A stretch of DNA of 64,000 nt, from assembly GCF_963921235.1 (NCBI RefSeq), contig NC_086097.1, forward strand, positions 46,440,001-46,504,000. The letters run 5' to 3'. Made by a program: the position numbers and the translations under genes. The notes below the pieces were generated by a model, which was given only the letters and a program-made list of their open reading frames with translations, searched no databases and was not told the DNA's origin. This stretch comes from Mobula hypostoma. Taxonomy: Eukaryota. Each line of letters opens with the position of its first letter. Position 1 is the first letter of the stretch. This document shows positions 1-13,674 of the stretch, piece after piece.

Positions 1-835
1 AAATCTGCCTCCCAATCTGCTCCTCGGTATCTCTGCTGCTACCAGGGGGCCTATAGTATACTCCCAATAGAGTAACTGCTCCCTTACTGTTATTGACTTC
101 CACCCATACTGACTCAAAAGAGGATTCTGCTACATTACCCACCCTTTCTGTAGCTGTAATAGTATCCCTGACCAGTAATGCCACCCCTCCTCTCCTTTTT
201 CCCCTCTCTCTATCCCTTTTAAAGCACTGAAATCCAGGAATATTGAGAATCCATTCCTGCCCTGGTGCCAGCCAAGTCTCTGTAATGGCCACTACATCAT
301 AATTCCATGTATGTATCCAAGCTCTCAGTTCATCACCTTTGTTCCTCATGCTTCTTGCATTGAAGTACATGCACTTTAGCCCTTCTACCTTCCTACCTTT
401 ACACACTTTATTCTGCTTCTCTTTCCTCAAAGCCTCTCTATATGTTAGATCTGGCTTTACTCCATGCACTTCTTTCACTGCTCTATCGCTCCAGGTCCAA
501 TCCCCCTCGCAAATTAGTTTAAAATCCTCCTGAACCATGCTAGCAAACCTACCTGCAAGGATATTGCTCCCCCCTGAGTTCAGGTGCAACCCATCCAATC
601 TGTACAGGTCCCACTTCCCCTGAAGAGATCCCAATGATCCAAAAATCTAAAACCCTGCCCCCTGCACCAACTCCTCAGCCATGCATTCAACTGCCATCTC
701 CTCCAATTCTTAGCATCACAATCACGTAGGACTGGCAGCAATCCTAAGAACGCCACCCTTGAGGTCCTGTTCTTCAGCCTTCTGCCTAGTTCCCGAAACT
801 CACACTTCAGGACCTCATCCCTCTTCCTGCCTATG
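1..835 (-). mobile_element. CR1-clade LINE fragment (end of SGNH/esterase-like ORF1 and start of ORF2 endonuclease), runs off the window edge
   Basis: ORF 580..852 (RELGRRLKNRTSRV...LNAWLRSWCRGQGFRFLDHWDLF) resembles ORF1 of the CR1 at 10271-10704; bases 1-330 resemble its endonuclease region (9700-10030). Confidence 0.85.
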
Positions 836-3671
836 GAAAGAAGGGATTTCATTTCAAAATTTCAATAAGCTTTGCTGTTAGAACTTCCTTCACCTTAACT
901 GAGCTATTTGCAGTGTTAGCACCAGCCAAGCTACTTACTGAGCTCGCGATTACTTATGTGGTCAGTAGAAACTCGTTATCTGAAACTACTGTCAGCAGAC
1001 TCAAACTTCACATCTCAGCTGTGTAAATCCTCATGGGTCCTGCTAATATGCAGAATGTAGTTTTTTCTGTCAATGGCAAAGAATGGGAATCAAGTAGGAA
1101 AGGGACTTTGTGGAATTTGCCATAACTTCAGTGAAATGTTCAGTGGCTGGTCTTCACTGTCAATTTGTGATTTGTGTACGTATTCTGCTAATGGAGATTT
1201 CTGTGAACTACTCAACTTTATACTATTAGTCCTAGCCTCAGAAACAATTTTGTGACTCTCATGTTCAATTGTAATACCTTTGAATATTTGCGTTCCTGAT
1301 TTTTATAATAATAGGAGCTGTATGTTAGATTATGACACTGTTCATCAACCTACTCAGCTACATTTTGCCTTTGGCCGACGAAGCGTGAAGGAACATACGC
1401 ATTTACATCAGTAAAGAGAAGAAAACGTTGAAACAGATTTGATACAATTCGATCCATGTGAGCACATGTTATCACACTCTAGAACATTCCACAGCAGATT
1501 TTTATCCTCTGAAGGTAGCAACAAACATGCAGCAATTGCAGTTGAATGGAATAATCAAATCAAGCGGTTGGGTTGTCTATTCTTTTCCTTATAGTTATAA
1601 ATCTGAGCGTTTCAGATGTAGTCAGGAATTGAGAGGAACAGGATAAGGACATTTTTTTTTGAATGGAAGTACTGCTTGCTAATTGTCAAGGGAAAATATG
1701 TGATAGAGAAGGTCAACAGCCTTCTCCTTACAACCATGTAAGTTGAATAATGTTCAGAATATTCATTCCAGCACTGTGAACAGAAAATTCTACGTGCCCT
1801 TGATTGTACAAATGGTCATGTCAGCTACTTCAAAATTTATTATCCATTGAAGGCTGACAATTCACATGAAATTCACAGAACTTTAATGCAGAAAATTCAC
1901 TTTTTCTTCTGGAATTGATAACATGCAAAAATTGCAAATGATTAAACCTTGCAATGAAATCAGTTGATGTAGATGCAGTGGTGTATATAGCCACCATGTG
2001 GCACTTTGTACCTTTACAGTTCAGTGTAAAGTTTCCATTGACGTTCAAATAAAACTCTTCTGTGAATTGTCTGATACTACCTTTGTGATATAGAGTAGCA
2101 GGAGAGGCACTGGGCCTTCAATCAGAAGTGAATAGGAGCTGGAATAGGAGCTGATAATGATGCACTGGTAGAAAGTGGTTTTCATAATCTGTACAAATGG
2201 GTTACATTGACACTCTGTGTCCTGCTGTAGATTTGGATAGTTAGCTTCCTTTTAAGATACAAATACTTAAGTACAGGGGCCTCTCAGGGAAGAATTCCTC
2301 CCACACAGTTTCCTGTTGTGACTGCATTAAGATATGCAATCTTTTCACTTAATTTCTGTTATTTGCCTGTCACTTGCAGCCAGTTTATTATCCCAGATAC
2401 AGGGGGGTTGAATCTGTGTCCCCCCCCTCCCCCCCACTGTAATAGGCAAAAAAATCCTCTCCACTTGCTTTGAAATAAAGCAAACACCAGACATCTCAAC
2501 CAGCTGGTGTAGAGAAGAACAAAATCAGATTTCCATCTCCTGTCCTGCCCCTCTAGCATGTCTGTAATCTGTTTCATGGCACCAATGTCGATAATTGGCT
2601 CAGTAAGAATGATAGTTGGAAAGCTTCAGCATTCTGGAATCTAGTTGCTTTTGGCTTCAGGAAAAATATATTGACACCAGGCTTGCGATGTCAACGTCCA
2701 AAACATGAAGAGCTTCTCCCAGTCCTGAGCAGGAAATTCAACGATAGTACTTAATGCTTCAATTGAATGTCAGGTTCATTGACAATCTGACATTCTGTGA
2801 CTTGCTCCAAATTAAGATACTGTATGCAACTTCTTTTTAAGATATAAATACTTACATAACAGCATTGCACAATCCCCTCAGGGAAGAATTCCTACCATAC
2901 TATTTTCTGTTGTGACTAACAGCCTGGTACATGTGATATACATGATTTTCATTAATTAATCCTTAATTTGATGGATGAATAGTGACATAATCTCCGCAGG
3001 TGGAGACAGTGAACTGGACATGGGATAATGCTGCATTAACTTTCGTGCTCAGAAAACCAAATCTCTACCTGTTGAAGAAGAAGAAGTAAGGTTTTTTTTA
3101 AAGTCCAGGAAAATTAGGCATTTTAGACAGTTTCTCCTGTCTTTCTTTGTAAATTGTCTCCAGATCACCATTGTATAATACTGTATCTCTTTTCCCAAAG
3201 ACTATAAAAATAGCGACATCTTTTCCAAGGTATTTAGTGTGAAGATTTATGAGGAGGAGCTAGGGCATGCAGGACCATCTCCAGTGTGAATACCCTCGCT
3301 CCCAGTCCATGGTGATTATGCCATCAACCAGCCTTTATGTAGACTTCTGCCTTGACTTAAATACTCCATCTCAATATTAAATGGAACAGCAACCACTAAG
3401 CTCAATTCTAATGAAATTCTAGTCCTGGAACAAGAACATGCTGCCAGTCCTGTTGAACGTTCCCAGTATTTTCTGTTTTTATTTCAGTTTTCTAGCATCT
3501 GTAGTCTTTTTTTTTACAGATGTCAATATATTGGTAAGCATAATTCTTGTCAATGCTATCTGTTTTCTGTACTCAGAAGCTTAAACATCAAGTTAATTAT
3601 GGCTTACTGGGAGTGACTTCCCCTATGATAACTAAGTAAAATTTCTAAGTTTTGCTGTTCTCCCATCATTA

Positions 3672-3900
3672 GGGGATAGCACGATAGTGTAATGCTATTA
3701 CGGGTTCAATTCCCATCACAGTCTGTAAGAAGTTCGTACATTCTTCCCGTGACCATGTGGGTTTCCTCTGGGTGCTCCAGTTTGCTCCCACATTCAATAG
3801 ATGGACAAGTTAATAGGTTAATTGGTTACATGAGTGCAATTCTGCTGTGCAAGCACTTTGGGCCAGAATGGTTTGTTACCATGGTGTATCTCTAAATAAA
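3672..3900 (+). mobile_element. tRNA-derived V-SINE/HE1-like SINE, degenerate
   Basis: B-box-like GGGTTCAATTCCC followed by the V-domain-like TTCTTCCCGTGACCATGTGGGTTTCCTCTGGGTGCTCCAGTTTGCTCCCACA; ends in AAATAAA. Confidence 0.7.
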
Positions 3901-4254
3901 TTACCTAACAGTCTGACTTTGCTATAGCTGTATCTTACTGTTAAATCATTAATCTTAGAACCATCTTCACAATTTGTCAGGTTTTGACAAATAACGTTCA
4001 GTGGGTCTAGATTCTGAATCCACAATTAAGTGCTTGCAGTATCTATCAGCACTTTTAGATAGAGACTATTCCTGTAGGCATATCCTAATATGAATACATG
4101 TTGAATATAATTTGAACTGCTGGAATGTAAATTGGTTGATTAGGAGATTCACAATTTAACAGTGAAAATGTAAATAGACTGTTGATATTAAATTTTGAAA
4201 AAGAATTGGAAGTTATCCATTCAAATCTTTATGTCATGCATTAAACCATCACAA

Positions 4255-5530
4255 AAGGTTCACAGTGGATACAATTTCATAGGCTCCCCGCCTAGCCCTG
4301 GACCACCTGGATAACAGTAATACATCATGCTGCTGTTTACTGATTACAGCTCAGCGTTCAACACTATCATACTTTCAGTACTAATCAACAAACTTCAAAA
4401 CCTGAACCTCTTTAACTCCCTCTGCAACTGGATCCTTGACTTTCTCATTGGGAGACCACAGTCAGTGCGGATTGGAAATAATATGTCCTCCCCGCTGTTA
4501 ATCAACACAGGTGCACCTCAAGGATACATGCTTAGCCCACTGCTCTACTCCTCCTACACTAGGGGTTCCAGACTGGGGCCCATGGACCCCTCGTCCCTGG
4601 CATAAGGAGGGTTAGGAACCACTCCTCTACACTCATGACTGTGTGGTTAGGTCTATAAATTCACCAATAACTCAATTGATAGCAAAACTCCTTGGTGTCC
4701 ACATTTCCGAGGATCTCATATGGTCCCTGAACTCCTCCATCCTGATCAAAAAGGCGCAACAGCACCGTTATTTCCTGCGGAGCATGAAGAAAGCTTACCT
4801 CTGTCCCAGGATAGTGATGGACTTTTACTGCTGTACCATTGAGAGCATACTCACCGACTGCATCTCAGTGTGGTATGGCAAATGTCCCGTATCGGATCGC
4901 AAAGCACTCCAGCGTGTGATGAAAACTGCCCAGCGGATTACCGGCACCCAATTGCCCACCATTGAGAACATCTACCATAAACGCTGCCTGGGCAGGGCGA
5001 AAAGCATTATCAAGGATGCATCTCACCCTAACCATGGACTTTTTACTCTCCTCCCATCCGGTAGGTGCTACAGGAGCCTCCGCTCCCGCACCAGCAGGCA
5101 CAGGAAAAGCTTTTCCCCTGAGGCTGTGACACTGCTGAACCTCTCATCACAGCGCTAAGCATTATTGCATCTGTATTGTACTGTCTCAGTACGTTTACAT
5201 TTGTGTGCTGTAGCACTTTTTTTAATTTGCAGTTATTTTGTAAATAACACTATTCTTTGCATTTCTGGTCAGATGCTAAATACATTTCATTGGCTTTGTA
5301 TCTGTACTCAGCACAATGACAATAAAGTTGAATCTAATCTAAAACCTCAAATGGTGAGAATGAGGCATATGGGTGTGAGATAGATCAGCTGGTTGAGTGG
5401 TGACACATCAATAACCTTTCCCTCAGTATCAGCAAGACCAAGGATTTGAATGTGGTCTTCAGGAAGGAGAAGTCAGGAGAACGCACACCAGTCCCTGTTG
5501 AGAGGTCGGCAGTAGAAAGAGTGGACAGCC
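4255..5530 (+). mobile_element. Rex1/Babar-clade LINE RT fragment, interrupted by a MITE and by a second Rex1 3' end (about 4690-5340)
   Basis: ORF 4327..4605 [10 protein letters not shown]...LCNWILDFL...GAPQG..LSPLLYS; ORF 4643..5158 KKAQQHRYFLR..FYCCTIESILT..VWYG; tail AATAAAGTTGAATCTAATCT at about 5322-5341; host RT resumes at 5341 (AY.CEIDQLVEW). Confidence 0.85.
4560..4624. mobile_element. Small hAT (Charlie-like) MITE inserted in a Rex1 RT
   Basis: Imperfect TIRs TAGGGGTTCC...GGAACCACTC; near-identical 8-bp flanks TCCTACAC (4552-4559) and CTCTACAC (4625-4632); interrupts the RT motif LYS-YTHDCV. Confidence 0.6.
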
Positions 5531-5924
5531 AATGCAACCATTAATCTTCGTCTTCCTCTCTTCACTATTGCTTTTGTGTGATTTTCATTTCTGAATTATC
5601 ATCAAGACAAATATCAAACTGAAATTTACTTTTAATTTTTTCTTATGTTGACCATTGAGCATAAGCCTGATCCAAGTAACAGCAGCTAAAAGCTGTTATG
5701 AAAGAATCATTGTAAAGAAAATAACCAGTGTAAACTACTGACATACAGAACCAAGACCTCTGATTCACCTTACCTGTCCCACAAGTGCTCAGCTACCTGC
5801 TGGAGAATGGCTTGCAGACTGATAACACTGCTGTCTGAGGAAATGAGAATCTTGTCAAACGTGTGAAGAAATATCAGGAAAGTTTTATCCTTTCATAAAA
5901 CTTGAATTCCAGAGGCATTTTCAT

Positions 5925-6582
5925 GGTCATAGTCATAGTCATACTTCATTGATCCCGAGGGAAATTGGTTTTTGTTACAGTTGCACCATAAATAATTAAA
6001 TAGTAATATGTAAATTATGCCAGGAAATAAGTCCAGGACCAGCCTATTGGCTCAGGGAGTCTGACCCTCCAAGGGAGGAGTTGTAAAGTTTGATGGCCAC
6101 AGGCAGGAATGACTTCCTATGACGCTCTGTGCTGCATCTCGGTGGAATGATTCTCTGGCTGAATGTACTCCTGTGCCCACCCAGTACATTATGTAGTGGA
6201 TGGGAGACATTGACCAGGATGGCATGCAACTTAGACAGCATCCTCTTTTCAGACACCACAGTGAGAGAGTCCAGTTCCATCCCTACAACATCACTGGCCT
6301 TACGAATAAGTTTGTTGATTCTATTGGTGTCTGCTACCCTCAGCCTGCTGCCCCAGCACACAACAGCAAACATGATAGCACTGGCCACCACAGACTCGTA
6401 GAATATCCTCAGCAACATCCGACAGATGTTAAAGGACCTCAGTCTCCTCAGGAAATAGAGACGGCTCTGACCCTTCTTGTAGACAGCCTCAGTGTTCTTT
6501 GACCAGTCCAGTTTATTGTCAATTCGCATCCCCAAGTATTTGTAATCCTCCACCATGTCCACACTGACCCCCTGGATGGAAA
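5925..6582 (-). mobile_element. Rex1/Babar LINE 3' end (5'-truncated)
   Basis: ORF 6044..6562 YKYLG..IDNKLDWSKNT..KKGQSRLYFLRRLRSF..FYESVVAS; short tandem tail (CATAGT)n at about 5928-5943. Confidence 0.85.
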
Positions 6583-6607
6583 CATCCTCCCCTTGTTGTA
6601 TTGAAAG

Positions 6608-6628
6608 ATATATATATATATATATATA
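6608..6628. repeat. (TA)n microsatellite
   Basis: Direct reading of the sequence. Confidence 0.95.
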
Positions 6629-7187
6629 AATAAAAAGTGTATAAGATGATGAGAGGCAATGATCATGTGAATAGCCAGAGGCATTTTCCCAAGGCTGAAG
6701 TGGCTAACATGAGGGGGCATAGTTTTAAGGTGCTTGGAAGTAGGTACAAGAGATGCAGGAGATACGGCAAGTCTCCATTCCATGCCAAAAATCTCTATCC
6801 CGCAAAAGAGGTGAAACGCCGCCAATGCAATAGAGTTGGCCATTATAAAAGCTAATGTCACTCAAAACCAGTCCTTCAGGAGGCCAAAGAAAACAGTGAT
6901 TCAGACAAAGAGTGAGCTTTCCTTAGGGCTCTTAATTCAAATAGACAAGGCCGGTGTACTATGGTTCAGTTGCAAAATGAGACAGTGACATTCAAAATGG
7001 ACACTGGGGCAGATGTCACAGGCATCCTGAATATCTGTTCACAAAACTGGTGAGGAAAACAGACATTACACTAAACCCAGCAAAGGAAGTACTCATGGGA
7101 GCTAGGGAAACATAAGCTCAGTGTGAAAGGAATGTTTACTATTTCCGTTCATAAAAATGAAAGACAATTAAAAGAGGATGTCTATGT

Positions 7188-10100
7188 TAACCATATAACC
7201 ATATAACAACTACAGCACGGACACAGGCCATCTCAGCCCTTCTAGTCCGTGCCGAACTCTTACTCTCACCTCGTCCCACCGACCTGCACTCAGCCCATAA
7301 CCCTCCATTCCTTTCCTGTCCATATTTCTATCCAATTTAACTTTAAATGACAACATCAAACCTGCCTCAACCACTTCTGCTGGAAGCTCGTTCCACACTC
7401 TGAGTAAAGAAGTTCCCCCACATGTTACCCCTAAACTTTTGCCCTTTAACTCTCAACTCATGTCCTCTTGTTTGAATCTCCCCCACTCTCAATGAAAAAA
7501 GCCTATCCACTTCAACTCTATCTATCCCCCTCATAATTTTAAATACCTCTCCCAAGTCCCTCCTCAACCTTCTACGCTCCAAAGAATAAAGACCTAACTT
7601 GTTCAACCTATCTCTGTAACTTAGGAGATGAAACCCAGGCAACATTTTAGTAAATCACCTCTGTACTCTCTCAATTTTATTGACATTTTTCCTATAACTC
7701 GGTGACCAGAACTGTACACAATACTCCAAATTTGGCCTCACCAATGCCTTGTACAATTTCAACATTACATCCCAACTCCTATACTCAATGTTCTGATTTA
7801 CAAAGGCTAGCATACCAAAAGCCTTCTTCACTACTCGATCCACATGAGATTCCACCTTCAGGGAACTATGCACCATTATTCCTAGATCCCTCTGTTCTAC
7901 TGCATTCTTCAATGCCCTACCATTTACCATGTTTGTCCTATTTTGATTAGTCCTACAAAAATGTAGCACCTTACATTTATCAGCATTAAACTACATCTAC
8001 CATCTTTCAGCCCATTCTTCTAAGTGGTCTAAATCTCTCTGCAAGCTTTGAAAACCTACTTCATTATCCACAACTCCACCTATCTTAGTATCATCTGCAT
8101 ACGTACTAATCCAATTTACCACCCAATCATCCAAATCATTAATATATATGACAAACAACATTGGACCCAGTACAGATCCCTGAGGCACACCGCCACACAC
8201 TGTCCTCCAATCTGACAAACAGTTATCCACCACTACTCTCTGATGTCTCCCATCCAGCCACTGCTGAATCCATTTTACTACTTCAATATTAATACCTAAC
8301 GATTGAATCTTCCTAACTAACCTTCCATGTAGAACCTTGTCAAAGGCCTTACTGAAGTCCATTTAGACACCATCCACTGCTTTACCCTCGTTAACTTTCC
8401 TAGTAACCTCATCAAAAAATTCAATAAGATTTGTCAAACATGACCTTCCACGCACAAATCCATGTTGACTGTTCCTAATCAGACCCTGTCTATCCAGATA
8501 ATTATATATACCGTCTCTAAGAATACTTTCCATCAATTTACCCACCACTGATGTCAAACTCATAGGCTGATAATTGCTAGGTTTACTCTTAGAACCCTTT
8601 TTAAACAATGGGACAACATGAGCAATACGCCAGTCCTCTGGCACCATCCCCGTTTCTGATGACATTTGAAATATTTCTGTCAGGGCCCCTGCTATTTCCA
8701 CACTAACTTCCCTTAAGGTCCTGGGGAATATCCTGTCCAGACCCAGAGACTTATCCACTTTTATATTCCTTAAAAGTGCCAGTACTTCCTCTTCTTTAAT
8801 CATCATACCTTCCATAACTACCCTTCTTGGTTCCTTTACCTTACACAATTCAATATCCTTCTCCTTAGTGAAAAGAAATTATTCAAATTCTCCCCCATCT
8901 CTTTTGGCTCCACACATAGCTGTCCACTCTGATTTTTTAAGGGACTAATTTTATCCCTCACTATCTTTTTGCTATTGATATAACTGTAGAAACCCATTGA
9001 ATGTATTTTCACCTTACTTGCCAAAGCAGCCTCATATCTTCTTTTAGCTTTTCTATTTTCTTTCTTAAGATTCTTTTTACATTCTTTATATTCCTCGAGC
9101 ACCTCATTTAACTCCAAGCTGCCTATATTTATTGTAGACCCCTCTCTTTTTCTGAACCAAGTTTCCAATATCCCTTGAAAACCATGGCTCTCTCAAACTT
9201 TTAACCTTTCCTTTCAACCTAACAGGAACATAAAGATCCTGTACCCTCAAAATTTCACCTTTAAATGACCTCCATTTCTCTATTACATCCTTCCCATAAA
9301 ACAAATTGTCCCAATCCACTCCTTCTAAATCCTTTCGCATCTCCTCAAAGTTAGCCTTTCTCCAATCAAAAATCTCATTCCTGGGTCCAGTCCTATCCTT
9401 CTCCATAATTATATTGAAACTAATGGTATTGTGATCACTGGACCCGAAGTGCTCCCCAACACATACCTCCATCACCTGCCCTATCTCATTCCCTAAGAGG
9501 AGATCCAACTCTGCCCCTTCTCTAGTTGATATCTCTATGTATTGCTGCAAAAAACTATCTTGCACACATTTTACAAACTCCAAACCATCCAGCCCTGTTA
9601 CAGAATGGGCTTCCCTGTCAATGTGTGGAAAATTAAAATCTCCCACAGTCACAACCTTGTGCTTACTACAAATATCTGCTATCTCCTTACAAATTTGCTC
9701 CTCCAATTCTCGCTCCCCGTTAGGTGGTCTATAATACACCCCTATAAGCGTCACTACACCTATCCCATTCCTCAATTCCACCCAAATAGCCTCCCTAGCT
9801 GAGTCCACTAATCTATCCTGCCAGAGCACCACAGTTATATTTTCTCTGACAAGCAATGCAATAGCTTCCCCTCTTGCCCCTCCGATTCTATCACACCTAA
9901 AGCAATGAAATCCAAGAATATTTAGTTGCCAATCACACCCCTACTATAACCATGTTTCACTAATAGCTACAACATCATATTTCCAGGTATCAATCCATGC
10001 TCTAAACTCATCCACCTTTCTTACAATGCTCCTAGCATTAAAATAAATGCATTTAAGAAACTCTCCACCTCTTACTCTCTGTTTATCCTTAATGGAGCAA

Positions 10101-10930
10101 ACAACTTTGTTATCTTTTTCTTCCTTCTCCCCTACATCTTTGGTCTGAGTGCTCCCGATCTTGGTCCCCTGCCTATCCTCCCTCACACACTGTCTACTAG
10201 CTTTCTCTACTTGTGAACTAACCTTCTCTCTCCTAGTCTCTTCAATCTGATTCCCACCCCCCCAACCATTCTAGTTTAAAGTCTCCTCAGCAGCCTTCGT
10301 AAGTCTCCCCGCCAGGATATTGGTCCCCCTAGAATTCAAGTGCAACCCATCCTTTTTGTACAAGTCACACCTGCGCCAAAAGAGGTCCCAATGATCCAAA
10401 AACTTGAATCCCTGCTTGCGCTCCAATCCCTTAGCCACGCATTTATCCTCCACCTCATCGCATTCCTACTCTCACTGTCGCGTGGCATAGGCAGTAATCC
10501 TGAGATTACTACCTTTGTGGTCCTTTTTCTCAACTCCCTTCCTAGCTCCCTATATTCTCCTTTCAGGACCTCTTCCCTTTTCCTACCTACGTCATTGATA
10601 CCTATATGTACCATGACCTCTGGCTCCTCACCCTCCCACTTCAGGATATCTTGGACGCGATCAGAAACTTCCCGGACCCTGGCACCAGGGAGGCAAACTA
10701 CCATCCGGTTCTCCTGACTGCATCCACAGAATCGCCTATCTGACCCCTAACTATTGAGTCCCCTATTACTGCTGCCCTCCTCTTCCTTTCCCTACCCTTC
10801 TGAGTTACAGGGCTGGACTCTGTGCCGGAGGCACGGCCACTGTTGCTTCCCCCAGGTAAGCTGTCCCTTCTCAGCAGTACTCAAACAGGAGTACTTATTG
10901 TCAAGGGGCACAGCCACTGGTGTACTCTGT
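7188..10930 (-). mobile_element. Near full-length CR1 LINE (SGNH-like ORF1 plus APE-RT ORF2), frameshifted
   Basis: ORF1 VCLPGARV..VMVHIGIND..DGLHLN; endonuclease NARSI, ISETWL, GVYYRPP, GDFNFP, SDHN; RT DFSKAFDKV, GVPQGSVLGP, YADDTK; 3' tail (GGTTATAT)n at 7188-7207. Confidence 0.95.
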
Positions 10931-13674
10931 TGTTCAGAATCTCTTCTCACCTGTACTGGGATGACATGTCATTGAGAAGATGAACCTCATTGCAAGGTTA
11001 GATTCACTAAACAATGCTCAGTGTGATAGGAGAGGTACCTGGAATTGTTCATAGGTCTGGGGGTACTAAAAGAAGAGTACCTTATCCAACTGAGGCCAGC
11101 AGTGACACCCTGCTCTCTGACCACAGCGAGCTGTCTACCAGTCCCATTGATGAACAAAGTCAATGGTGAACTTGAGCGAATGGAGGCACTTGGCATTATA
11201 ACTAGAGTGACTGGTGCATGGGCATTGTTACTGTTGCCAAGCAAGATAAACACAGTGAATATCTGTGTTGATCTAACAAAATTGAATAATGCAGTGAAGT
11301 GGGAGAATTTTATTCTACCCTCTGTTGAACACACGTTGGGTATGCTGGGTGGAGCAAAGTTCTTCACCAAACCAGATGCAAACTCAGGGCTCTGGCAGAT
11401 CCGTTTAGTTCCTGAGTCACAGTAACTCACAACATTTATCACACCATATGGATTCTATGCCTTCAAGAGACTCCCTTTTGGCATCTCATCAGCTGCTGAA
11501 CTCTTTCAGATGAGGACGAACCAAATTTTGGAGGGAATGGAAGGAGTAGTTGCCACATAGATGATATACTCATCTTCGGAGGCTCAAATGAAGAACATGA
11601 CAAAAGAGTGGAAACTGCATTGGAGAAACGGAGACAGGCTGGAATCACCCTGAATAAAAAGAAATGTGAAAAAGTTGGAGGTAAAGATCTTAGGCTGCCA
11701 ACTGTCCTCAGAGGGAGTGCAACTAGATTCAGACAAACTGGCAGGAGTTCAGAACACGGTACAACCTATTAATACAGTATATCAGAGATCGGCATTTTCC
11801 TTGGCATGGTAAAAGAGCTAGGAAAGTTCATTTCAGATTTGATGGAGAAAAAAAGTCACTATGGCACTGCCTTTCTCAGAGAAATGTTTGGTCCTGGCAC
11901 TCACCACAGGAGAAGTCATTCTCAATAGTTAAAGCAGAACTTATCTCTCCACCAACATTGGCTTTCTTTGATCTGAACAAAGCAACCAAGGTCACAACAG
12001 ACACCTCTTCCTTTGGCCTAGGGGGAGTGCTCATGCAAAGCTGCAATGGTGTATGGAAACTAGTGGTATTTGCATTAAGAGAACTGGCTCCTACTGAACA
12101 GTGTTATGCCCAAATTGAAAAGGAGCCGCTGGCTCTGGGGTGGGCTTGTGAACACTTCAGATGCTACTTGATAGGCATGAAATTCCTACTTGAAACAGAC
12201 CACAATAACTTGTCAGCCACCCCTGCTTGAAACACTTGGATGACTTACCTCCACGTCTGCAAAGATTCAGAATGAGGCTTATGCGATACTGTTTGAAATT
12301 GAACATGTCCCCAGCAAATCTTTCACAACACCAGACACTCTGTCAAGGATGCCATGCAAAAGTGAGTGGATGGAAGTTGACTTTGCCCTAATGGAAGATA
12401 CCAACACCTACTTCGCTCAGATACATGAAAGCTTTTCTGCGTCACAGAATAAATTGGATGAAATTTGTGCTAAGTTGAAAAAGGAGCTAATCTGCAGTAA
12501 GGTCATGCAATACTGCAAGCACGGATGGCCAGCTATTCCAAAATGAGCTCACAAACTCAGACATGAAAGAGACTTGAAAGAGACACACCCACCATTCTTG
12601 ATAGGTTTTTTTGCAAAGGGATCCAGACTCATCATTCCTACTTCTACGCACACCAAAATCATCAGTCAAATCTACCAAGGGCATCAAGACAAATGTCACC
12701 TAAGACCAAGGCAATCTGTGTGATGGCCTGGTCTAAGCACACAGCTGGGAGATTATGTAAGGTAATATGAAGCATTCAGAAAACTCACAAAAATCATGCC
12801 GACCCTCTCTGTCCCACAGAATTCCCAGACTTTCCATGGCAAATTGTAAGCACAGACATCTTAAAGCTGAAAAGAAACAAATATCTTCTCACTGTGGATT
12901 ACTACTCACAGGTTGTTGAGACGTCTAAGCTGTCCTCAGCAGCAGTTATACAGCACCTGAAAGCTACGTATATTCACTCACCATGAAATACCAGAGCCAA
13001 TTGTACCAGACAATGGTCCACAATTCAGCTGCTCAGAATTCAAGACCTTTGCTAGGGACTATGAATTCAAATACCAGACAAGCAGTCCACAGTACCCACA
13101 GGCAAATCAGCCAAATGGAGGAGTGGAAAGAGCGGTGCAAACCGTGAAAAAGTTCCTATTGAAGGCAGAAGACCCCTACAGGGTTCCAGACCAATTCACC
13201 AAAGGTACAATAGTCTGGCAATAGCCACCACGATCGTTTGTGATCAGAACATCACAAGGGGAAGTCAGGCAGAACAAATGTGCATTCATGTGTCTTCAAA
13301 GTCCATGAAGGGTAGAGAAAGAAGTAGAGTGACCTGATATTTATGATGAGAATCACTTACATGAGGTGGATGCACCAGTTCAAGAATCTCTAACACTTCC
13401 AGGAACCTATTCCAGATACGGTTGTTTATCTGTCCCACCGCAGGGATACACTCCATAGCCTAATAGCTTAGGGCAAGTGACTAAAGAGGCAGAATAATGC
13501 TCTCACTTTGCCAGAGTGTTCAGGTAGTCTACCCTGACCTCCATTAGGACTTAGTGGATTTATAAAATGAGACCGTACTTAACAAACAGTTAAAAACCAA
13601 GAGAAAGGCAGTTATAATGATGGCAATTCTTTTTCATGCTTATATAAGGAGCACAAGTTACATGCTATGGGTAA

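Noticed and set aside
6637..6855. ORF joining a CR1 C-terminal peptide to Zn-knuckle-like sequence
   Set aside because: Chance fusion across a CR1/Gypsy junction; non-ATG start and degenerate knuckles.
7188..10930. CR1 as an intact autonomous LINE
   Set aside because: ORF2 is broken into at least seven pieces by stops and frameshifts, and ORF1 is frameshifted.
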